This document shows positions 18,301 to 26,000 of a DNA stretch of 64,000 bases, piece by piece (positions within the stretch are counted from its first letter, which is position 1; the number at the start of each line of letters is the position of its first letter). The notes below the pieces were generated by a model, which saw nothing but the letters and a program-made list of their open reading frames with translations, had not been told where the DNA came from and made no database searches. This stretch comes from a virus (lineage: Duplodnaviria; Caudoviricetes), in the IMG/VR virus record IMGVR_UViG_3300021255_002777, positions 1-64,000 of that record; one strand, 5' to 3'. The position numbers were made by a program, and so were the translations under genes.

Positions 18301-21300
18301 AAGGATTGTCAGATTGGTGTGCTGTTCCGTGCAACCAAGGGCTATGAACGTGATGGTGAAGGTGGTGTGATTGAAATTGCCGAGGACAAGGCTGACCCAG
18401 CAAAGGATGAGCTGACACCGAAAGAGATTGCAAGGCTTGAACACTGGCTGGAAAGCAGAGAGTCTGGTGGTAGGCTATACCTTGACCAGAAGGAGCAACT
18501 GACACGCCCAGGCAAAGAGCCTGTTGAACTGCCAAAAGAATTGCTGCGTAGGATAACGGCATACTATGGCGACAAACCAGAAGGCAACTTCTTCAGGGTG
18601 CAGTCATCGTACAGCATCTATGCACAAAACACATATTTCATCAACAAGGACAGCAGCACTGGTAGAGTCTACATCATGAAGATAAAGGACTTCACAAACA
18701 CTGTGTGGTACAATGCCAACATGGACATTACGCAGATGGCCTACTACGATACGGTGAGAACCATTGCTGGCAAACGTGGTGCTTGGGACCGTGTGCTGAT
18801 AGGCAGGATGCGTGAACAGGATGAGGAGCGTGAGAAGTTTCTGAACAACGAGCCAAACCCGTGGCTGATGAACTACAAACCAAAGAAGGACGGAAACCTT
18901 ACTGACTCAGAGTTCTTTGCACAAAATGACTTCGATGATTGGGGAGCACCAGAGTTCGGTAACACAAACGACCCATGGGCTGAAGATGACCCTGAAGACT
19001 GGGATGAGTTCTCGGCACCTAACCTCGGTAACCTGCCGTCAGTCGAAAAGAACCAGGAACTGCGTGTTGAAAAGAGAGAAGGCGACAAGACCAGCGTAAT
19101 CTCAGTAACAGATGTGAAGGAGGAGCTTTTCCCGAACAGTGACCAGCCTTCAGGCATCATGTTTATGATTCCCGTACGCAATAACACAGAAAATGTTGAG
19201 GAAAGAAAAGCAGAGCTTCTGCGTAACAATGGTGCAGATGGTCAATTCACTTCCTGGGACGAGGCAGTAGCCAAAGCTCAGGAACTCAACGATGGTCAAA
19301 ACGAGTTTGTCGCAGTGATAGAAGGTACGGCCAATGACTACAAGATAACATTGTACAATTCGACAGACATACAAGCCGCGGAAGTGTGGCGCAGTCAGCG
19401 TGGCTCAACAATCATCACGGGTCCAACTGGAATCAACGAAGTGATGAACGGGTTCGGCGATCCTTCTGTAAACTTTGTTAAGCATGATGATGCCGTAGGA
19501 CTGAATGAGCTGACAAAACTTATTGATGATGTTGTAGCTTTGCTTAGGGCGATAGAGATGAAGGCAACTCTACCTGCTATGACACCACTTGCTGCACGTG
19601 CCATTGTTGCAAAATTCATGAAGAATGATGCAAGGCTGATGGACGAGGTAAAGAATATTGTTGAACAGGCAAGGAACGGTGAAGCTAATGCAAAGGATTT
19701 CGTTGAGAGCATGACCAGCATAGCAACGGATTCGTTGACGGATGCCGAAGTGGAGAATGTTGCAGTTGACTTGCTGAGTGCCATGATGGAGAATGCAGAG
19801 GAAGCAAGCAGCAAGCTTAAGCAGAAAAGCATGACATACTTCAAGAACCAGTTCCAGGCTGGCATCAACAGGATGCGCAACTCTCTTGGTGCAAACAGGA
19901 ACTCAACACCAGACTTCACTGAGCAGAGGAACAAGCTTCTGCAAATCAAGCAGAGGGCTATCACGGCAAGTGGCGGTCATGTCCCGAATGCTATAGAGCA
20001 AAGGCAGGCTGAACAGGAGCACATGAGGATGACCAACCAGTTCAATGCACTGGACAGGCTGTATAAGATAATGCGCAAAGCCTTGGTGATGGAGCAGCGC
20101 AAAGAACGCATCCTTATTCAGGACGGGTACTCAGCTGACAAGACAAGGAAGCGCATTAATATGCTGAGAAGGTATCTCAATAACAACGGCACAGTTGACC
20201 CTGCAGGTGTAGTGAATTACCTGATGCAGCTCACAAACGAATACAAAGACCTTGAGCAGTTCTTCAATGAGCTGAACAGCGGTGCAGGAGATTACCGCGG
20301 TACGCAGAAGCTTGAAAGGCTTGCACAATGTCTGAATGTTGTCCGCTCACATGAGGAGATTCTCGACAACTTGCGTGAGTTAATGAGTGATGATTCTTTT
20401 GTGCAGAAACTTATACAGTTCAATCTCGCAGACAGCAACGTAGCCACAACTATGAAGGAAATGTTTGACAGGGTTGATACTGTTAATCAGCAGATAAAGA
20501 CACAGTTGAAGAAGCATGCAGGTAATGCTTTCATGGACTTTGTTCGTGAATTTGTCGGTGATGTTCCATTGATAACAAACCGTGATGGCAGTGTGATGAC
20601 CTGGACTGAACTGATGAATGCAGTGGACTCTGACATCAGTCTGATAGACCAGTACCTGCGTTCAATGGGTAATACCAACGATCCGGTTGGCCAAATATTC
20701 GACCTTGTTGTGAAGAAGCAAAAGGACAAAGCACGTGAGATGGCTATCAAAGACCAGCAAGGCAAGATAAAGAGACTTGCACAGATGATGACCAGCATGA
20801 AGCTGACCAACTTCGAGTTCCTATTTGAGCACGATGAAAACGGTAAGAAGACCGGATACTATCTCAGCCAGATCAAGTGGGGTCAATTCCACAAAGAGTT
20901 CAAACCTGTTGAAGATGCACTGAACAAGGTGCTGAGGAGCGAAACCGCAACAGAAGCGGAGAAGGCAACTGCACAGGCAGAGTTTGATAGATGGTGTACA
21001 CAAAATGATGTCACACGTAACACAGCTGGTATATACACACCGAAGTCAACAAGCAGGTGGCTGAATCCTGAGTACACAAGGTTGCAGGATAGTCACCCTG
21101 ATGAGTTCCGGTTCTACAACGAGTTCATGAGCATCAAGAAGGAGTTCGATGAGAGGTTGGGTCAGTTCACCAACCATGAACGTGCCATTCAAAGGCGTAT
21201 GACTTCAGAGCAGCGATTCCGTGCAAACTTCACACTTGACCCGAATGCTTTGTGGGAGAATGTGAAGCAAGCTCTCGCATCTGAATACCTTGTGCGTGAA

Positions 21301-23016
21301 GATGATTATGAGGAATACGGAGAGCGTTCTGCTGTGCTGGACTACGAAGGCAACGAAAGAACTGTGATACCTGCACCGTTTGTAAGAATGCTGAAGAACC
21401 CGGATGAGTTGAGCACTGACCCGATTGGCTGTCTGATTGCCTACTCATACACTACGGCAAACTTCGAGATGATGAAGGAGATTGCAAACCCAATGGAGGT
21501 GGGTTTCAACGCCTTGGTCAACGACAAAGTGCAATATGACGTGAGAAGCGGAAGGACTGTGACTGAGACATTCAGGACAGGCGAGAAGCAGAAGGCCGTT
21601 GTTAGACAGAGCAGACTGCTGAAGAAAATCCGTGACTTCATGGACTCACAGTTGTATATGAAGTACATTGATGATGGTAGAGATACGTTCAAGATATTTG
21701 GTCTTGAGTTCCGTAAGTCAAAGGTTATCAATGCTTTCCTGCACATGAGTGCAGTGGCTCAGCTTGGCTTTAACTGGCTGGTTGACTTGGCTAACCTGGC
21801 TAACGGTATCCTGCAGACCAACATTGAGGCGTTTGGTAGGAAGCACTTCAGTGGTGCTCAGCTGCTGAAGGCTGACAACATCTACCGCAAAGAGCTTGTG
21901 AAGTTCCTGCCTGACTTGGGCAGACCAATCAAGGAAAGCAAGCTGGCTCTGATTGACGAGAAGTTCAACATCATGCAGAACTTTGATGTTAAGATATATA
22001 ACAACCGCAGGTATGATTTGCTGTCAAAGTTGTTCAACACTTCCTTTGCTTTCATGGGCACGGCTGGTGGTAACCATTGGTTGTACAACAGGACAGCGAT
22101 TGCGATGATGCTCAACACTGAAGTAATCATAAAGAACGGTGACACTGAGACAAAGACCAACCTTTGGGATGCACTTGATGTTGTTGACAACGACGAGGGC
22201 GGAAAGCAGGTTGTGCTGAAAGACGGAGCCACTGTTGACGGTAAGGCTATCGACAACGAATGGCTTGCAGAGTTTGGCAGGAAGATTGCTGATGTGAATC
22301 ATGGCATTGTCGGCATCTACAACAAAGATGACATGATGATGGCATCACGTATAAGTTGGTTGAGGCTGTTCATCGCATTCCGCAAACATCTTGTTCCTCT
22401 GATGGACAAGCGTTACCGAGGTAAGCATAAGAATGAGCTGACCGGTGAGGAAGTACAGGGCTATATGAGAACCTTCGGTGAGTATCTGCGCGGCCTGCAC
22501 AACGCACAATACAATGTGCCTGCTGCATGGAACGAACTCAGTGAAGAAGAAAAGCAAGATGTGAGGATGGCTCTCACAGACTGTGTACAATTCCTAGGAT
22601 TGCTGATGCTTTGCCTGCTGCCGTTTGGCGGAGATGACGATGATGACGAAGATGGCAAGCTGGCGAAGATATGCAAATACTTGCTGGCCCGTGAACGCCA
22701 TGAGATGGGAAGTATGTTGCCTACTGTGTATATGCCTAAAGAGATTGTGAACATGGCTGAGCAACCTACCATAGGCACGCCGCAGATTGCTGACATCACA
22801 AACTTCGCAACCACAGTGTTCACACCATGGACGTGGGACGACCAAGTGCAGTCTGGTCCGTTTGCAGGTATGTCAAACTTCGAGATGAGGTTACGCAAAC
22901 TGCCTGTTCCGCCGTTGACATATTACAGGAACATTGACAAGTCACTAAACGGCGTAAACAGCTCAACGTGGTTCTACAACCGTGGCTATGTAGGAGGCGG
23001 AGGAAGTAAAGCTTAA
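9349..23016 (+). CDS. Giant virion-packaged DNA-dependent RNA polymerase (crAss-type two-barrel), 4555 aa
   Basis: DxDxD-type motif in MSGSDNDIDKLF (residue about 2307), preceded by VGYRIPTED. Upstream NATDAQGYISP motif. Size and position next to the ejection proteins fit crAss-like RNAP genes. Confidence 0.85.
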   Translation: MISEKCVNISEQEALQITETWHATAPDESIYAVLSSLGLYGKGSWEGETKSMVAAQFKALIESYCVVNNEVVMPKTTAEMEQVLAEARKDKAEQDKKLGKAGSRLIVVGGMSMDMEEVTGVLGKPVSINQDVQTDNRKALADVVEKQMMKAAKRAGLIRNEADWNSGEIASSKELKPYKDVVKLISKGALNGNLGNVFCAITMACSVYTEKNKDGSIKKTGLYYDVKDIRKALEGDRLLMDKIWQDYSDMGKGKRPSAFEQSVMDALLAIYADNNADFVKKLRSKNINGFRAANGSSRIQKTLAESLRGLRELVTDNSPIEIKSFKVPVKASLTTDLVMQIIGIARPAMMHLGVDFIEQMTTNMLSWIDNNDVTIYGVITMLSDAIEYNNPNAKYADNWTSNNATDETGEYVNGLKRDQVHDILELLYRNAFENAIDANAVDVMNTLASAGRRKVKVTGNFSYNRELQEVFDSMQASVRARSADNVHPDIMDGGETISPENQMLLDMTSARCSAVYDTPTLRTRVNAIATRILFNCERTRGKALKANKEQLDAVKGELQEKVTRKKELDKKSNLTEDEEKEKKQLSKDIVNKLREQATLRKSRTRLLNRRTLYSEALRLSLAEHVDYAKDQLAHGAEAKAGEEAKRKQDVDTALALWDDLLPRAFAQIEAATGVSIIYNRDSNAYKVQEEKNEPANGEQDSEDGNNNEDSESRENDDSMDFREDVDPYAHLTQNVRAGFALLPILDPVTNEPVLDDLGLPQYYDPKSLYFATMSMHEGLVTEPDDFCEMKTTDLDDTEKRNPSMFNQRGMSFKNRRTDAEAFPHGKPTFTVLEENIGRHPWVKQLIDRLTEDYMEMYEDEEDRNEMSYGQLATDLYDQMGYIFTKRAVYRSNMKNAPNPFHIVNTIAEVESVRRAQQRNYNQRIPLSKESMIWYEDGKINMTTCDNLAKNLAQLMPAESMTAKSVEEKQAWIDTLHDALTRMGFEIDKQLLMNEFSRPNVEGLGRLNRIEDRASTVLRYLSSNNPNASKLGVYGERTIFSNLTGVWRNLYDAVGFFVDTSEVQSTQNINGKAQQNFVAESAFSKNMTILTYGWKQMKNATPEKREELLKKRQEKIRKLYGDTFQARYDGNRIIRQLYNGEDVDFMGADDVPQQIQRIGETVLINMKDDIEFAQLSPEDQAEMQMAAFLRNEQVARGGSALYRFPVPADSPVMTFTSGTAMDKQECIADLATKSLAEAARIAHNNEEVRPNYVRTWAIERGRVNWNAGTYYDVLDKREREIPGAEKWMWERDRAIHAFITAKDNAERSLAYQDILNLAEASKNNPNSVGAWDADEAIEMYRAWRRWYPRESFFGSECRFRTIPNLETTVLAVQDVLEQVAQRAHGTKLEADVRNKIDEIGRAMSRQDGWNMRMYSILHNVIDVLGTGLSFEESLSLAADQEFNKHRAEATTENVNKFIISQIAQLYTQAAMDEQYRDYRAKLTVEDYELLQLHRISSMFANNDPDNNPGVDAEGNSWRLVQSPDSESGFGIMNTESGTIFRLNTQQFSFYQNLISERRGGFGKNGKVAFAVGKSGNSYQRDQIERYKLPLKNQDALEKIVKDAANSPTLTNPMNMTLADRTEAYLELMFLNTYRHNTEMLDAMMVDSAMFPDGFDETKRLKGLMANGTRLNPNRITADNVEYAIITADDKNSISHDYVGKTKALIKAVAQGRVTAEDAMATMRAYRHQNATDAQGYISPQGYRRKASAAGSANFDVESENLYQDMQNGTRHLGEDYDGKVAFNALKQVGYSYAPDIDPTGRVVMVPQYVKNSEGMLMQTNPNMKSPKSARLMALQRFMEETEAQPLRTKDGKPVVISTSQKPSGVKTPKKGVVDTRYLPSRVRFLQKLAMGQEVPTTVDGVDVSEMLEEWRLFLQAMAENQGIDLKNEDSVKSLLSFDVIDGFIHNGDAKVKGTNYKGLARLTEEALNGVNSDNAVKQIERLIAMRDFMLPIQATSRVVKEMQDVIRGAVVEEGGIANDQFVYGYNTEYQHIQVRQSNHLVDSEAHLGSQISYIAAEAINFDEDYEVLMNGVKFNEKVKGRVLYNKLYECLAARLVHGLNEYNKILTGEDNAVNLHNLQEYLLKLTMNNPKFKTSDIWYALQIVKNDDTGEERFATPLASVAIIYKISDVLTSIVRNHSHRKGMEGSGNAVIEADELYENQLGVRRDDNGKIIGVECFLPAWMKDIVQHCLKEVTEEITVNGETVTVTHQELDFEKLKGTGLETIVGYRIPTEDAHSCLPLIVKGFLPQEKGNTIVVSKDVVTMSGSDNDIDKLFLMLRHIDKQLLKNEGKLQPVQYHWNPNQTGGVPDVTAVSQSDEQIENMIIDIMHSILTHPGNEARLMSPQNPNIFDDVSVEIAYINLPAAKHLRYRRPEYTREGRIKHGTGEWVYNPDDPDWNNKDVYQREYLTGQLPDFRAMKRHLEAIQVMPVQSPDAMAYYHAQHTMAKTGIGIMANRMATHFKIRTALKVLNREGIPIEMKGDANGKVVIDGKTVMYCPGTNMDGESTTSLVANTGGSVVDSGKSPALTNMGITLDNLSFMGFLESCGLGKRQIGYICAIMKKYPNLRDGYYKAKGSLYGEGKKHKDSKANLSAFTTADLQFALRLDNLTSPDAWERFTSHNLANVCHGIVHLINVYNKVKKYEAELNANSAKQGMSNDPSSAVWAKQQIDLIYEMVTDDKFPLVIPQEMILRNGLSEEEIANGEINLANGDKMKMAMWLPQMYHTLGVEKGLEAMSDLMLHARPEFEQIVRIFAPVWRRMSKDDAIKFIRRLHDHFSTFFISSMNLFDSETDADGNVIRGNFVEMRNYYCYRFPAEFASMSSKRRAELNAKYPFLAVLEFTEGRLILNDELKEGFNAEDIRQSLNNMAASTDPAEKALAEKLFKYAYFTDGLRFGYGALSNAFTAGFLASDMFQEYNERINKITTEPLPTDFVGKFCLQFIANNAKDCQIGVLFRATKGYERDGEGGVIEIAEDKADPAKDELTPKEIARLEHWLESRESGGRLYLDQKEQLTRPGKEPVELPKELLRRITAYYGDKPEGNFFRVQSSYSIYAQNTYFINKDSSTGRVYIMKIKDFTNTVWYNANMDITQMAYYDTVRTIAGKRGAWDRVLIGRMREQDEEREKFLNNEPNPWLMNYKPKKDGNLTDSEFFAQNDFDDWGAPEFGNTNDPWAEDDPEDWDEFSAPNLGNLPSVEKNQELRVEKREGDKTSVISVTDVKEELFPNSDQPSGIMFMIPVRNNTENVEERKAELLRNNGADGQFTSWDEAVAKAQELNDGQNEFVAVIEGTANDYKITLYNSTDIQAAEVWRSQRGSTIITGPTGINEVMNGFGDPSVNFVKHDDAVGLNELTKLIDDVVALLRAIEMKATLPAMTPLAARAIVAKFMKNDARLMDEVKNIVEQARNGEANAKDFVESMTSIATDSLTDAEVENVAVDLLSAMMENAEEASSKLKQKSMTYFKNQFQAGINRMRNSLGANRNSTPDFTEQRNKLLQIKQRAITASGGHVPNAIEQRQAEQEHMRMTNQFNALDRLYKIMRKALVMEQRKERILIQDGYSADKTRKRINMLRRYLNNNGTVDPAGVVNYLMQLTNEYKDLEQFFNELNSGAGDYRGTQKLERLAQCLNVVRSHEEILDNLRELMSDDSFVQKLIQFNLADSNVATTMKEMFDRVDTVNQQIKTQLKKHAGNAFMDFVREFVGDVPLITNRDGSVMTWTELMNAVDSDISLIDQYLRSMGNTNDPVGQIFDLVVKKQKDKAREMAIKDQQGKIKRLAQMMTSMKLTNFEFLFEHDENGKKTGYYLSQIKWGQFHKEFKPVEDALNKVLRSETATEAEKATAQAEFDRWCTQNDVTRNTAGIYTPKSTSRWLNPEYTRLQDSHPDEFRFYNEFMSIKKEFDERLGQFTNHERAIQRRMTSEQRFRANFTLDPNALWENVKQALASEYLVREDDYEEYGERSAVLDYEGNERTVIPAPFVRMLKNPDELSTDPIGCLIAYSYTTANFEMMKEIANPMEVGFNALVNDKVQYDVRSGRTVTETFRTGEKQKAVVRQSRLLKKIRDFMDSQLYMKYIDDGRDTFKIFGLEFRKSKVINAFLHMSAVAQLGFNWLVDLANLANGILQTNIEAFGRKHFSGAQLLKADNIYRKELVKFLPDLGRPIKESKLALIDEKFNIMQNFDVKIYNNRRYDLLSKLFNTSFAFMGTAGGNHWLYNRTAIAMMLNTEVIIKNGDTETKTNLWDALDVVDNDEGGKQVVLKDGATVDGKAIDNEWLAEFGRKIADVNHGIVGIYNKDDMMMASRISWLRLFIAFRKHLVPLMDKRYRGKHKNELTGEEVQGYMRTFGEYLRGLHNAQYNVPAAWNELSEEEKQDVRMALTDCVQFLGLLMLCLLPFGGDDDDDEDGKLAKICKYLLARERHEMGSMLPTVYMPKEIVNMAEQPTIGTPQIADITNFATTVFTPWTWDDQVQSGPFAGMSNFEMRLRKLPVPPLTYYRNIDKSLNGVNSSTWFYNRGYVGGGGSKA

Positions 23017-23035
23017 GTGATATGTGTATAAAGAT

Positions 23036-23062
23036 AAAGCGCGGCAAATCACCGCGCTTTTC
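23036..23062. terminator. Bidirectional terminator between the two convergent giant genes
   Basis: AAAGCGCGG-CAAATCA-CCGCGCTTT, with A/T runs on both sides. Confidence 0.8.
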
Positions 23063-23080
23063 TATTATCACTATACACTA

Positions 23081-26000
23081 TTACAGCACACACTTTCTGA
23101 TGCGTTCCTTGATTGTATCATGCAGCGATTTGTAAACCTTCTCTGAATAACCTGCCATACTGAGGAACTCTTTGTCCTGCTCGGTGAGCATATCAAGGTA
23201 AGCATGATTAGCCAAGAACATATCATCATGAGTAAGGCTGTACAGCATATCAGATGGTGTACTTTGATCGCTTGTTCTATGGCCAGACATAAGTTGTTTC
23301 TCAAGTTCTGCAACAGCATCAGCATTATCGACAAGCGACTGAATACCATTGCGCAGTTCCTTGAATATAGCGTCTGCTTCAGAATTGCCTGTGGTTCCTG
23401 AGTTAAGATAAACACGGAACTGATGTGCGATGTGTGCAGCAAGGTCAGTGTTTGATTCAACATCACTGACTGTGTTACGAACTGCTGACCATAGTTTGTT
23501 GCGCTGCTCTTCATTCAGCACAGTCTTCATAGCATCGACTGCATCTTCAAGGCTGAAGTAACCACGGGTAAGCTCAGCTGAGAACGCATCAAGCTTAGGT
23601 GAAATTCCAGTGAAGGAACGGTCTGTATTAAACCCCATGCCAAGATTAGTGGCAACAGTGCTGCTAACTTTGCTTGTGTCAACAGACTGAACAGGGATGA
23701 ACGGCTTGATGCTCTTCGGCCTTGGGTTTAGGCCAACATCTTTGAGTGCTTGGTCAGTGATATTTGAATCGAGCTTAACGTCAGTATCTGAGATATCATT
23801 TTCAGAAACACCCAGATCATTTATCAAGATGTCCTTCACTTCATCAGCACTAAGTCCAGTACCGTTACGCAATGCTTCAATGGATACAGTGTTTGATTGC
23901 TCTGCCTGTTCAGCACTTGCTGGCTCTGCTTCTGCTTGTTTATTTTCAACAATCTCATCAGCTGGTTTCTTCGGGTTGTCAATCATGTCGAAGTTGGAAA
24001 GAGGATTGTCACTAAGCATATCACACCACACAAGTTCTTGCATGGTTCGTGCATACTGACCTGCACCGAACAGACTCTTGATAAAGTCGATGATGGAGTT
24101 GACAAGCTTCATCAGCTTCTTCTTGATAGTCTCTCCACTGTCTTCGAGGTGTGCTTCAATCCATTGTTCACCACGCTGACCAGACAGGTGAGCGAACACT
24201 TCCTCGGCAATCAGGTCATCATCGTCAACAAGGTTGCCATGTTCATCACGCTTCTTGACAAGGTCTCCATAGGACTCCTTCACACTTTCCCACATCTTCT
24301 TTTCACTGCGAAGGTCTTCAACAAGCTTCTTCCAGCGCTTCTTGCCTTCAGGTGTCCTGCGCATGACATTGCACCACAAGTGCGTATACTCGTGGATAAG
24401 TGACTCCATGTTCATTAAGTCTGGGTCGAGATAAATGGAGTTGCTTGCTGAGTCATAGAAGCCATAAACAATGGTACCATCAGCAGAAAGGAAGTAACGT
24501 CTGCCTTGTTCTCTGCCTAACTCAAGCACTGACCTTTCACCGCCTGATTGTAGTCTATGGTTGGCTTGGTCTACAAGTCGTTGGCCTACGTCTGTTTTTG
24601 CTGATATCTCAATACCGTGTGATTTTAGCCTTGTAATAAGTTTATCAAGTTTACTACGCTTATCGATTGCAGCATCAGTACCACGGTCTTTCAAACTATT
24701 CACTATGGCAGCTTTGTCTTCCACACTAATAGCATCAAATGAAGTCTTGCCTTCACGGATTTCATCAAGCAGGACTTTGAGCTTTGCTTTGTCAACACTA
24801 TCAAAGAACTCTTTGGCGACAGCATCAATATTGCTACCATTGTAATGCCTCAGCACAGCAGACAGAACTGACGGCAACTGAGCATCCAGGTCATGCAAAG
24901 TATACTGCATACTCTTGTTCTCAGAGAACTTGATTTTGCCGAGGTTGCCTTGCTGTGGTGTGAACTCATACACGACGCCGTTGAACTCAAAGTAGTTGAC
25001 TTGACCCCAGCGTGGGTGCATATCAGACTGCATGAATGCTGTAGCAAGTTTCCTAAGCACACGTTGGTAGTTTGATGGTGTGACTGTGACATCAACAAAG
25101 GAACCAGTACCTGATGAAATCTTGATAGACTTAACAGCGGCAATATCAAACTTATTTCGTGCAAACTCAACACGAGTTGTTGTGCCCTCATTCGAGTCAC
25201 GCACCATAACCACACCAGGACTGATAACACGCACATTGCCAGTCTGTTCGATATAAGGCGATTGAACCTCGGATAAAGTACCGTCACCGTTGCTTAGGAG
25301 TTGGTTGACTGTGAAGAAACTGTCATGTGTGTCAGTGTCAGCAAGCTTGGTGTAGCAAATCTCTTTCAGGAAATCGCTGTAGGATTGTGGCAGATTATCT
25401 CCGCCGCGGATTGCCTGCTTATAGTCGGACTCGTCTTGCAGAAACTTGGCAGACACGTTGCAACGGACATCACCGTAGATTGATATACCGTTACCATCTG
25501 TTGCGATGTTAATGGCGGCTTCTACGTTCTGGCCTTGTTCGTTAGTCTCCCTGAGTTTGATCGCAAGCTGAATGACAGGCTTGTTGACAAGCTGATCATC
25601 AACCATAACCTCAGCCTCGGTCTCGCCTTCACGTTGATTGACATAGATGTTATCACAGTTGAGGAAGTGCTTGAGGAAAGCAATCAACTGCTCTTGGCTC
25701 ATGTTCTTTGCTGCCTGCTGAAGAACACGTGCAATCATGTCATTGCCGTACTTGGCTGATGTAGTGCCGGTGATTGACCTTGTCTTGACAGGGACAGCAC
25801 GCCACCTTGTCAAGCCGTTGTTGCCAGGTCTTTGTATCAGGATGCAGGGCTGGCCTTTGGCACCAGAGCCTGTGATTGATATGCCGGAGTTGAGGCCAAC
25901 GGCTCCTATGATATGGAACCTTGCTGGTTTATCACTGATAGAAGCTACAGTGACCTCGGCATCAGTACCTTTGTTTGCACCGTTTCTGTATTTCGGAAAT

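Noticed and set aside
9287-23091. Inverted repeats making the RNA polymerase gene an invertible segment
   Set aside because: Only a weak gapped match (GTGTGCAGTACAATA against the reverse complement GTGTGCTGTAATA, which is the end of the neighbouring CDS) and a 10-bp AT-rich direct repeat (ATAAAGATAA). No recombinase in the window.
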